A DNA stretch of 61,170 nucleotides from a virus. Taxonomy: Duplodnaviria > Caudoviricetes. A program made the position numbers and the translations under genes. Each line of letters starts with the position of its first letter. Positions within the stretch are counted from its first letter, which is position 1. Below, one piece after another: positions 1 through 8,468 of this stretch. The notes below the pieces were generated by a model. It was not told the DNA's origin and made no database searches. It worked only from the letters and a program-made list of their open reading frames with translations. The DNA lies in the IMG/VR virus record IMGVR_UViG_3300025131_008672, positions 1-61,170 of that record; one strand, given 5' to 3'.

Positions 1-155
1 TAGACAGCCTCTATTAGGTCCCCCGAAGCGCCAACACCATATTCTACTTGTAGCCTCAGGCGAACAGCATGATAATCATCTTCATTCATTTCGGAGAGAA
101 CGTTCGAAAGTTCTTCCTTAATAATTTTTCTTAGTCTTTGTTTAGTGATTTTCAT
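1..155 (-). CDS. Small protein with MKITKQRLRKIIKEEL N-terminus (3' end runs off window); possible virion internal protein
   Basis: Not in ORF track; read manually. ATG at 155 preceded by TAAGGAATATATT; translates MKITKQRLRKIIKEELSNVLSEMNEDDYHAVRLRLQVEYGVGASGDLIEAV with no stop before position 1. Confidence 0.75.
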   Translation of the reverse strand, partial: MKITKQRLRKIIKEELSNVLSEMNEDDYHAVRLRLQVEYGVGASGDLIEAV

Positions 156-165
156 AATATATTCC

Positions 166-306
166 TTAAAGCAGTGAGCCTACGATCATTCCTGCGACAA
201 GCGCACCAGCACTGTTAAGCGCCAAAAGAACATAAACCTCGCGGGATCCCTGCAGTAACAAAAGCTGCTTTGCTAAGACTACCGTCTCTAATAATAACTG
301 TTTCAT
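166..306 (-). CDS. 46-aa hydrophobic small protein
   Basis: Read manually: GAGGAATAAAAC-ATG at 306; MKQLLLETVVLAKQLLLLQGSREVYVLLALNSAGALVAGMIVGSLL-TAA; fills the gap between primase and the next gene; C-terminal hydrophobic stretch. Confidence 0.7.
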   Translation of the reverse strand: MKQLLLETVVLAKQLLLLQGSREVYVLLALNSAGALVAGMIVGSLL

Positions 307-317
307 GTTTTATTCCT

Positions 318-1253
318 CTATACCGACATTGCAAGCGCCAACAATAAATAGTTGTCTGGAGTTATAAGGGTCGCATTTTTCAGGCATTTCTGAAATTGTT
401 CCTTGTTCATTGAGCCAACATCTTCGTTATCGCCTATATCAACCTTCCAAACTTCAATATCAAAATCTAGTAAAGTCTTGATAATCTCCAACTCTTTCTT
501 CTTGGCGTCTGGATCCAAAGCAACATATACACCAGCATCCTCTTTAATAATTTTACGAAGCAAAACAGAGTGTGCATTTAAAGTAGAACCGAGGATAGGG
601 ACCGCATTGCGCCCAGCAATAATCGCATCAAAAATGCCTTCGACCAAAATAATATCCGAAGTCCAATCAACAAACAAATCGTTAAATATAATGTTTTTAC
701 TTGCTGGAGGGTTCTTGTATTTTGGATACTGGACCTTATCATAAGATCTGGAAATGAAATAGTTCAGATCACCTTCGTCATCAAATGACGGAATAATGAT
801 TCTAGCCTCATATTCTCCTCCGCTGCAATAGCCCATCTTCCACCAGACTATATCTTGCTTGCTGATGCCTCTCTTGCGCAGGTAATTGCGTGCAGCGAAG
901 CCGGTAGGTGGCACCTCCTTATTTGCCAAGGAGACAAACCCTTCGGGCATCTCAAGTATTTGTTTTTCTTCTATTTTTTCGACAAACAAATCTTCGAGTT
1001 TATCAAAATTAATCTCAGATGTAAGCTCACGCCACTGGGATTTGTGATGGTGGGTCCCAAAGCGCCGGACAACTCGATACAAGTTCTTGCCGCGCGTGTC
1101 GCAGACCCAGCACTTATAATAACCTTTATCTAGATTTACAGAAAACTTACGTTTATGATGATCACAATAGGGGCACTTAAAAAGAAATTCATTGTTGGCC
1201 CGATAGGCGTTCCCCAACACACTAGTGAGTATCTTTAGCTTCTTCTCTTTCAT
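318..1253 (-). CDS. DNA primase (Zn-binding domain + TOPRIM)
   Basis: CPYC...CWVC zinc motif, YLRKRGI, IIIPSFD, PKYKNP, TOPRIM motifs LVEGIFD and LDPD. Confidence 0.9.
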   Translation of the reverse strand: MKEKKLKILTSVLGNAYRANNEFLFKCPYCDHHKRKFSVNLDKGYYKCWVCDTRGKNLYRVVRRFGTHHHKSQWRELTSEINFDKLEDLFVEKIEEKQILEMPEGFVSLANKEVPPTGFAARNYLRKRGISKQDIVWWKMGYCSGGEYEARIIIPSFDDEGDLNYFISRSYDKVQYPKYKNPPASKNIIFNDLFVDWTSDIILVEGIFDAIIAGRNAVPILGSTLNAHSVLLRKIIKEDAGVYVALDPDAKKKELEIIKTLLDFDIEVWKVDIGDNEDVGSMNKEQFQKCLKNATLITPDNYLLLALAMSV

Positions 1254-1755
1254 TTAGCCAGCCTGCCCTTGCTATAACATAACTATCTGACCGGTCAGCA
1301 TAGCCGGCCTTTGGATTTCCATGTCTAGTATATTGTACCTCAAATCCGGGTACGCTGTCAACAACAAACTGCATCGAAACAGCTTTTGCTTTTTGGCCGC
1401 GAGGGACTTTAATCCCGCATGCTTTACGCGCCGAGGTAGCAGCCAGATAGAGGGGCTCCTTCCCAAACATATTATAGCATATCCATGAGACGATGCCATT
1501 AATTTTTGAAAGTAGCGATAGGGTCTGTGCCGACGAAAAACCCGAACGAAATGATTGAAGCGACTGCTCAATATATACCTGTTCTATCTCATATATATCG
1601 TCTAGGGTTTGTAAGTGCGAGTTGATAATGCGTACTTTTTTAAAAAAATTCTTTTCTTTGCGTAGATCGATATGGTCGCACGCAAGAATATTGCCTTCAT
1701 AATCCAGTATGGTATAGCCCGTAATGCTCGTTGATATGTCTAATCCTAAAATCAT
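1222..1755 (-). CDS. RuvC-like Holliday junction resolvase
   Basis: N-terminal ILGLDISTSITG, central YIEQ, C-terminal DRSDSYVIA acidic triad of RNase H fold resolvases; adjacent to primase. Confidence 0.8.
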   Translation of the reverse strand: MILGLDISTSITGYTILDYEGNILACDHIDLRKEKNFFKKVRIINSHLQTLDDIYEIEQVYIEQSLQSFRSGFSSAQTLSLLSKINGIVSWICYNMFGKEPLYLAATSARKACGIKVPRGQKAKAVSMQFVVDSVPGFEVQYTRHGNPKAGYADRSDSYVIARAGWLNEREEAKDTH

Positions 1756-1970
1756 TCTCTTCTTATTCCAAAATCTATTCTGTACCAGGCGCGCTCATGT
1801 AAATAATATAATATCATTTTTGTAATCAACTCTAGAGACCCTATCGCCATTCCTACCTTGGGGTCTCCCGAGACGATCCATCCCAGCATTATAGTATCTA
1901 AAGTTCCGACGGCGCGCCATGTTACTGTTTTTAAGATATGGCGCATGCGATTGATGCTTGGTTTTGTCAT
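1752..1970 (-). CDS. DUF2061-family small membrane protein
   Basis: RHILKTVTWRAVGTLDT...KMILYYLHERAW signature of DUF2061. Confidence 0.85.
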   Translation of the reverse strand: MTKPSINRMRHILKTVTWRAVGTLDTIMLGWIVSGDPKVGMAIGSLELITKMILYYLHERAWYRIDFGIRRE

Positions 1971-2152
1971 GGCATATAATCCTTAATCTTTGGGAGCGTA
2001 TTCTCTTCTATTTTAATACGGAAAGATACTGTTACTTTTTTATCTTTCTCATAATAAACCAAAACATTTTTGTTTCGTTCTACGTACCCAACATTATTAA
2101 AAGCATCGCGAAGAGATCGAAAGATTTGAAGAATAACATCTTCTCTTGTCAT
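1967..2152 (-). CDS. Hypothetical protein, 61 aa
   Basis: ATGA overlap with the downstream gene; tight packing. Confidence 0.6.
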   Translation of the reverse strand: MTREDVILQIFRSLRDAFNNVGYVERNKNVLVYYEKDKKVTVSFRIKIEENTLPKIKDYMP

Positions 2153-2154
2153 TG

Positions 2155-2340
2155 TTATATTTTTTCATTCATCGCCCATTTAGCTGATTGGGCGAACACA
2201 TATTCGTATTCGTCGGTGCCAGCCAGAGCAGTTTCCGCTCTGCGGAGAGCTGTTTGAAGAGTGTCCACGAGAGCGCGGAGATCTGCTGTTTGTGATTCTA
2301 GGTTTTTAATTCTTCGACGAGTTTGCTTATCAATTTCCAT
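2155..2340 (-). CDS. Hypothetical coiled-coil protein (start revised to MEIDKQ)
   Basis: GAGGAAAT-ATG at 2340 directly after the stop of the upstream gene; heptad-like IKNLESQTADLRALVDTLQTALRRAE. Confidence 0.65.
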   Translation of the reverse strand: MEIDKQTRRRIKNLESQTADLRALVDTLQTALRRAETALAGTDEYEYVFAQSAKWAMNEKI

Positions 2341-2347
2341 ATTTCCT

Positions 2348-3610
2348 CTATATATCGGTTTTGATCTTAAAAGTAAAACTACGATTTGCAGTTTTTTTAA
2401 CGGGCATCGCCAATTTAGCAATACCAATTAAATTTCTTTCATCGTCATAAACACCAACTCTAGAAATATACGTGGTCTTTTCAAAAGACCCAGTGGGGTC
2501 ATTATACGAGGAACTGACTACATTTTTAATCCTAATATTCTGATTTTCCATGTAGACAGTTGAACTCGTGGTAGCGTAACTCCCTGTGGAGTACTGACGG
2601 AAGGTGGGATTATTAGATTGATTGAGATCACCCTTGGGCGCCATGGCAAACATCGTAAGAGTTTGGGTAGTGCTGGTACCGCTCATGTCTAAAATCCACG
2701 TGGATTTTGGTGCGTGAATAGTGCCCGAGATCGATTGAGCAAAATATACCCATCTGGGGTTGTCGCCGGCGACCGTAGGTGGCCGGCCGGTCTGTAAATA
2801 TCCGTCCGTGTCCGATAGAGACCCCAAACGATAGGACGCGGTTAAAATTAAAAACCCCTCGCCATAGAGAACCAAGCCGATCGGGGAGCCTGTGCGAGAC
2901 CCTGTAGTTTCATACAGGACCCCATCCCTATTGGTATCTTGGGCTCTGCCAATCACAGAACCAGTATAGTAATATCGCAGATCTACAGTTCCTTTTTTAA
3001 TGGCAGAGCCATAAAATATAGTGGGAATACTCACTAAGCCCACCGCAACAGTATCTAAGTTGCGACTCACAGGGCCATCGGGGCCATAGGTAAAATTAGG
3101 ATTCAAATATTCATAACTATTAATAGTATTTTTAAGGCTTAAAAGATGAGACACCCATGCACGTTCGGCGACAGGAGTACTACTATATCGGGGAGTGGAG
3201 GCCCAATAATACTCTTTAGAGATTGAGGCCGTTAAAGGATATTCACCGAAGATTACGTCTCCATAATTCAGGGTGTTAAAACTAGCACCAGCAGTCGTGC
3301 GCATTCCGATTCTTGACCCATTTTTAACCACCCACGGATAAATTAATCCTTTATCTGGCGTCGTGGTGCCCTCTGGGCCAGATGGGCCTATTAATCGAAT
3401 CGAGGAGGCCGAATAGTGGCGATCTATATTGAGTTCGTATAAAGAAACATGACCTGCATTTGTTAGGCGAATTGGGTTAGAGTAAGCGCCGGAAAGATTT
3501 GGGGTATTATTATAAAAAACCGAACTGCTATAGATTATAAATTTAGCACTCGGATATGTTTTTAAAGTATTGATGTAGACATCATTACTGTTAAATTTGT
3601 AATAAGGCAT
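2348..3610 (-). CDS. Virion structural protein, baseplate/tail-fibre-attachment-like (paralog A)
   Basis: C-terminal YISRVGVYDDERNLIGIAKLAMPVKK...FTFKIKTDI resembles the C-terminal half of the P2 gpH N-terminal/DUF3751 domain; paralogous to 3629-4732 (shared IKKGT/VKKGS, GLVLY/GLLYY, SNNPT/SGNPT); end of tail operon. Confidence 0.65.
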   Translation of the reverse strand: MPYYKFNSNDVYINTLKTYPSAKFIIYSSSVFYNNTPNLSGAYSNPIRLTNAGHVSLYELNIDRHYSASSIRLIGPSGPEGTTTPDKGLIYPWVVKNGSRIGMRTTAGASFNTLNYGDVIFGEYPLTASISKEYYWASTPRYSSTPVAERAWVSHLLSLKNTINSYEYLNPNFTYGPDGPVSRNLDTVAVGLVSIPTIFYGSAIKKGTVDLRYYYTGSVIGRAQDTNRDGVLYETTGSRTGSPIGLVLYGEGFLILTASYRLGSLSDTDGYLQTGRPPTVAGDNPRWVYFAQSISGTIHAPKSTWILDMSGTSTTQTLTMFAMAPKGDLNQSNNPTFRQYSTGSYATTSSTVYMENQNIRIKNVVSSSYNDPTGSFEKTTYISRVGVYDDERNLIGIAKLAMPVKKTANRSFTFKIKTDI

Positions 3611-3628
3611 AGCATGACCACTTAACCA

Positions 3629-4732
3629 TTAATAATCTAAACGCACCCGTAACGTAAATTCTGTAGTGGGATCTTTTTTCAAGGGTTCGGACAACTTGGC
3701 CACAGCCAACATTTCATTATCTGCCGAATATAGGCCCACCGTTGTAGCATAGGTAACTGGTAAATCTTGTGCATTGTTCTTAACCACAAGCTTGCTGCTA
3801 CTCAAATATGTTGGGTTTCCTGAATAGTTAAAGTCGGTATTATTGATCCGACAGAAATACACCGAAGAGTTGAGTTCGGTCGTATTATTAAACGAAACAT
3901 TATACATCCGATGACGCAGGGCGTCGCAGTTAGCGTCAATTGTAGAGCCGGTTAAAACCGCTACCACACCATAATTTGCCGCGGAGGATCCGTCCTTCAA
4001 TTGGACTGCGCCTCCTACCAAAGGACCAAACACAGAAGCCGTAATAACTGCAATACCGGCCTGATAATAAAGGAGGCCGACCTTAGGAGTGCTTCCACTC
4101 AGGGGATCACCGGAGTTCGGTGCTGAATTTCCGCTTCCGGACGCGCGCAAAATACCATACTCGCCGGCCGGAGAATTAACTTTATAACTGGTGGAGCCAC
4201 TGCCATCTGTAATTAGGATGCGTTGCGTGAAACCTCCATCTGGGTATGTCTGTCCCACCCCAAGAGTGAGAGAGAAACTTCCCTTTTTAACTTCGTCTTT
4301 GGAAAGGAGGCGTGCAAAGTTAATGAAATAAGCTTCATCTATTTTATTGCCTCCCGTGAAATCCCCATCATCGTCAAAACGCCTGATCGCATTAGTCTCA
4401 TCAAACCCTACCAGAATCTGTGCCATCTGATTATAAATATTAATCTTCTTCGGCTGCATAGAATAATCAGCAGCAGAAGATTGTGATAAACTAGATTCGG
4501 CTGAGTACCCTGCTGTTAGATCAAAAATATGATTGGCGGACGAACTAAGGAAGGGGTAATCATATACCGACTCAAACATTCCATGACTATACGTCTTAAT
4601 ATTATACTCGGTGCCCGCCTTATTGGTGTACGTCCCTGATATAATCGTTCCTGTTATTGGAATTGCCTCGTGCAGCAAGTTTCTTGTTACAACCGAGTCT
4701 TTGTCATCAAATGTTTTAAACGAAGTAGCCAT
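3629..4732 (-). CDS. Virion structural protein, baseplate/tail-fibre-attachment-like (paralog B)
   Basis: C-terminal YATTVGLYSADNEMLAVAKLSEPLKK...FTLRVRLDY; paralog of 2348-3610. Confidence 0.65.
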   Translation of the reverse strand: MATSFKTFDDKDSVVTRNLLHEAIPITGTIISGTYTNKAGTEYNIKTYSHGMFESVYDYPFLSSSANHIFDLTAGYSAESSLSQSSAADYSMQPKKINIYNQMAQILVGFDETNAIRRFDDDGDFTGGNKIDEAYFINFARLLSKDEVKKGSFSLTLGVGQTYPDGGFTQRILITDGSGSTSYKVNSPAGEYGILRASGSGNSAPNSGDPLSGSTPKVGLLYYQAGIAVITASVFGPLVGGAVQLKDGSSAANYGVVAVLTGSTIDANCDALRHRMYNVSFNNTTELNSSVYFCRINNTDFNYSGNPTYLSSSKLVVKNNAQDLPVTYATTVGLYSADNEMLAVAKLSEPLKKDPTTEFTLRVRLDY

Positions 4733-4747
4733 CTTTTAATCCTTATC

Positions 4748-5695
4748 CTAAACTTTCTTCACAAATCTAATCGGAACATCTAGCGTATACCCTGTACTAA
4801 CCCCAGAAATCCTTATCGTAGAGTCAATAAATCGATAGGACGCTGCAGCGATCGTTTTAGAGCCCTGGCCCGTTATAGTTGTAGTACCCAGAGATCCTAG
4901 CTGTGTGAATAAATATGTACTTGTTTTGAGATCCAAACTAGATGCGATCTTAAACGACACCTTTGTGCCGCGGGGGCCTTGAATCTGAGATGCATCCCCT
5001 TCAGCGATGCGCGTGACCACGTCTGAATCGTCGTTGAGGGTAAATATATAGGTAGCTATGTTATCATCATCAATAGCCGTGGGCGTGAAACTTAAAGAAC
5101 TATTAGTATTAGCATTCGTAGTTGGAGAAGCAACAAAGCCCAAACGATTATCTATTTGCAAAAAGTATTGAGTTTCAAGTAAGTCTTGACTAATAATACT
5201 GTTGGACGACAATTCAAGTGTATCTAGGCCTTGATCGGCCCGAATAAGCTTGGAACCTTGTTGAGGAATATCACCGTTAAGCTGTCCATTTATCAGAGTA
5301 TTTGTCCCCGAGCCCTTAAGATCATTAACGGTAGTCTCATCTGCGAGCACTAAATAGTTATTGAATTGAGAATTAAGCGTGGAACTGTCTTCATTAAAGA
5401 GTTTAATGACCGGAAGATATAAGAGGTCGTTCCGGGCAATTGAAAGAAGTCGCGACTTCATGCTGGACATATTATTGGTAAACGCCTCCAAAACTGGGGT
5501 TTGAAGTATGTTAAGATCGTAGTACGCCGATCCACTCGTATTATTTTTGTCGTAGAGGCCGTAGTCGATTTCGTCATCTGCCAAAGCAAACTTTGAAACC
5601 TTAAAGCTCCCATTCCCCTCCGCTAGCCGCTTTCGGCCCAAGTCGGTTAAAACAGCGTCCAAAATAATGTCGCCAGAATTATCTAGAAATCCCAT
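4748..5695 (-). CDS. Virion structural protein
   Basis: N-terminal DAVLTDLGRKRLAEG...FALADDEIDY resembles the N-terminal half of the gpH/DUF3751 domain; similar start in 11405-12421; GAGGA SD. Confidence 0.6.
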   Translation of the reverse strand: MGFLDNSGDIILDAVLTDLGRKRLAEGNGSFKVSKFALADDEIDYGLYDKNNTSGSAYYDLNILQTPVLEAFTNNMSSMKSRLLSIARNDLLYLPVIKLFNEDSSTLNSQFNNYLVLADETTVNDLKGSGTNTLINGQLNGDIPQQGSKLIRADQGLDTLELSSNSIISQDLLETQYFLQIDNRLGFVASPTTNANTNSSLSFTPTAIDDDNIATYIFTLNDDSDVVTRIAEGDASQIQGPRGTKVSFKIASSLDLKTSTYLFTQLGSLGTTTITGQGSKTIAAASYRFIDSTIRISGVSTGYTLDVPIRFVKKV

Positions 5696-5710
5696 AGTAT
5701 CGTCCTCTTC

Positions 5711-5722
5711 ATATAAATAGTC
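5711..5722 (-). promoter_or_regulatory. Candidate late-promoter element (ACTATTTATAT on the coding strand)
   Basis: In a 46-nt intergenic gap just upstream of the SD of 4748-5695; CTATTTA recurs in the gap upstream of phoH; its reverse complement contains TATAAATA. Confidence 0.4.
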
Positions 5723-5741
5723 TTAAATATCATTATTCGCT

Positions 5742-8465
5742 TCATTTTACTATCCCTGAATTCTTAAACGTGATATTCAAATCAAGTTTTCTTCCTGTTT
5801 GTTTGCTCACCAAGCGCAATTTAAACTTTTTCTCCCACAAACTGTCCTGAAGATGTGAGGCACCTAATGGAACCACTGGTTTGAGGCCCAATTCAGGGCT
5901 TTGCATCGGTCCACCTTGGATGAGAGGGTCATAAGCTTTTTGCCACCCGGCTGGTTCTATAAGTATAAACCTTCTTGCGTTAGTTGTTAACGTTTGTTTT
6001 ACAGGATCTATACTAAATACTTTCTGTCTCAAAAATATCTGTCCGTTATTGTCTATCATTTCAATTTCGATGATAGTTGAAGGATTAGAAATATTCCCAT
6101 GTACATCGATTGCCCGGGCGCAATAATAATATTTTTTATTCGGTACTATGGTATCTATGTGAGAAGCGGGCGTCCCATACGTGGGGTTTAAATCAGGTGA
6201 TAAAATATGCTTATCAGTGAAAGCCGCATAGCTCTCCGGCGGAGTGTCCACCCGAAAAAGTTGATATGCGTCTACAGGGTCATCTGATTCAAACCGTATT
6301 TTTTTGCCTTGCTCCTGAATTTGATCAAAAGTAAGCGCCACCCCTTCTTGGGCCAAATATTCCTTTTCAAAAAAGTTACGATCAGTGCTTTGTATTACCA
6401 CCGGCTTTAAGGATTGGCGCCCGGTACCGGCATTTAATAAAACTTGAAGGCGATTGTTAACACCCCGATGTGGATAAAAAGAAACATCTGGAGCGACAGG
6501 GGGACTGTCTACAATCATTGCATCAATCCCATTAGGCATCAGATATGGAAGCAGTACAAGACGTATATTATAAGAATTGTGCACTTTAATAAATTTTATT
6601 CTAGCCTCTATTGGCGTTGTAGGCGTATCCTTTGATTTATCTTCATACGAATATTCATTACCAAATATAGCCACTACTTGGTTAATTTCATAGCGATATT
6701 TCTTTTCATATTTAACTTGTGAATCACAAAAAGTCAAAGGCAAATGAGCGTTTTTATAGTCAAACTTGTTAGAGAAATAAAATGTTTGGAGGAGGGACCC
6801 GCGGGAATCCTCATCAGTTAATTCATATTTGTTTACAACATACATTAAAGTCTCGGTGTGCGACCATTTATTATCTAACACTTCCATGTAGGTGCGGCAG
6901 AAGCTCTCTATTTTTTCCTCTATTTCTACCTGTGCATTTTCAATGTGACCTCCTTTGGCCACCAGCTTGCGTGCCCCATTGAAACCAGTGCGCCGATAAT
7001 CTTTTAGAAAACGATAAGGAGGATTAATGTAACTCGCGTCGGTTGCGGCGGGAGGAAGGGCTGGAGTACTATAATTGTTAATACATTTAAGAGCTTCTTC
7101 TAAAGAGTTGGGCACTAACTCAACGCTGCCGGGACGACGGGAGGCGGCATAGTCGCTAAAAGCCTCTTTTAAGTCTACCAAAACAGGAACAGTCACCGTT
7201 GTAGTTTGATAGTTATGATTCGGTTTCTTCACGCCTTGCGCTTCGCGCTGGGTGAAGCGAAAGGTTGCAGGTCCGGGCGGTTGGGCACTCCCCAATCCTA
7301 ACATCGTATTAATAGCAGCAACTTGAAGAATATCAATAAAATCCTTTGTATCCTTATCGTTGGCAAGCCGCTTAAGCAGGGAGTTACCGAGGCCACCCTT
7401 TATACTGCCCCCAACAGCGTCGGGGTCCGGCGGGATCACAAGTTTCATGCAAAACGGAACCATCTCCCCTTCTACATAGCCCTCGTTCAGTAGCCCCTCA
7501 TCAGTATGCAACACTACAAAATTAGTATTATTGGCCTCCATTGAGCCACCAATTGCCGGTGATGGCGGCTTAACCAGCGCAGCGGCCCATAATTGATATG
7601 TTTCCCCAATATTTCTTTCTGTTATAGTGGTGAGCGTACTTATAAAATAGGGAAGAGAGCCGCCCAATGTTAAATCGGTCTGATGGAACTCGGCCAACAA
7701 AAGGCTTCCGGTATTGCGTAACTCCGACTGAAGGATGTACATGTTTGGAAGCGAGTTTTCCGAAATGGCGGGGGGGCTGATAACGCTCTCATAGTTTGGA
7801 GACGTATCAGCATAATAATTATATTCCGATATTATGTCAAGAGAACTCCCCGCAGCATTTCGTAAGTTTTTATCCCCGGGAACTCCATAAACAAAGGAAG
7901 TATAATCTTTAACGGCGCCATGGCCTGACGCTGTTACCTCTATCTCGTTGATGAGCCCATCGTACCACTCGCCGGCCTTTTCAAACCTTCCATGAATATA
8001 TTGATAAAGATTTCGCGCCATGATCGGAGGAGGCTGGGGTGTTGGCCAAGCCAAGAATCCTGCGGATGCATTGCTTTTATTTTCAAACGCATTCCACGCT
8101 CCCTCATCACCAGCAATATTAAGAACAGGAGAGTATTGTTCGGCGCGGGGGGCCTTCCTAATCTCTCCTTCATTGAGAATTCGTAGGACAATATTCTCTG
8201 TTTGAAGATGAAGTCTCCCGAGGTTGCGCGAACTATGGTCCCAGGCGTTGCCAGGATTACTATAGGACCACATCATCTTACCGCGGGAGCCCTCATAAAC
8301 GGTATTATAATTACCCAACACGCCGCGGAGTCGATCGACGCAATTGCCCCAACTATGTCGTACCATGGGGTGGAATCCATCAAGATTATTAAGACGCTCT
8401 AGCGGACCAATGAGATTATTATCAACAAGACGCATTTGATACTTATAAGATTTGTCTTGAGTCAT
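5742..8465 (-). CDS. Large putative structural protein, 907 aa, with C-terminal FN3/Ig-like beta-sandwich
   Basis: YQLFRV...DTIVPNKKYYYCARAIDVHGNISNPS resembles FN3 terminal strands; lies in tail operon. Confidence 0.5.
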   Translation of the reverse strand: MTQDKSYKYQMRLVDNNLIGPLERLNNLDGFHPMVRHSWGNCVDRLRGVLGNYNTVYEGSRGKMMWSYSNPGNAWDHSSRNLGRLHLQTENIVLRILNEGEIRKAPRAEQYSPVLNIAGDEGAWNAFENKSNASAGFLAWPTPQPPPIMARNLYQYIHGRFEKAGEWYDGLINEIEVTASGHGAVKDYTSFVYGVPGDKNLRNAAGSSLDIISEYNYYADTSPNYESVISPPAISENSLPNMYILQSELRNTGSLLLAEFHQTDLTLGGSLPYFISTLTTITERNIGETYQLWAAALVKPPSPAIGGSMEANNTNFVVLHTDEGLLNEGYVEGEMVPFCMKLVIPPDPDAVGGSIKGGLGNSLLKRLANDKDTKDFIDILQVAAINTMLGLGSAQPPGPATFRFTQREAQGVKKPNHNYQTTTVTVPVLVDLKEAFSDYAASRRPGSVELVPNSLEEALKCINNYSTPALPPAATDASYINPPYRFLKDYRRTGFNGARKLVAKGGHIENAQVEIEEKIESFCRTYMEVLDNKWSHTETLMYVVNKYELTDEDSRGSLLQTFYFSNKFDYKNAHLPLTFCDSQVKYEKKYRYEINQVVAIFGNEYSYEDKSKDTPTTPIEARIKFIKVHNSYNIRLVLLPYLMPNGIDAMIVDSPPVAPDVSFYPHRGVNNRLQVLLNAGTGRQSLKPVVIQSTDRNFFEKEYLAQEGVALTFDQIQEQGKKIRFESDDPVDAYQLFRVDTPPESYAAFTDKHILSPDLNPTYGTPASHIDTIVPNKKYYYCARAIDVHGNISNPSTIIEIEMIDNNGQIFLRQKVFSIDPVKQTLTTNARRFILIEPAGWQKAYDPLIQGGPMQSPELGLKPVVPLGASHLQDSLWEKKFKLRLVSKQTGRKLDLNITFKNSGIVK

Positions 8466-8468
8466 CTT

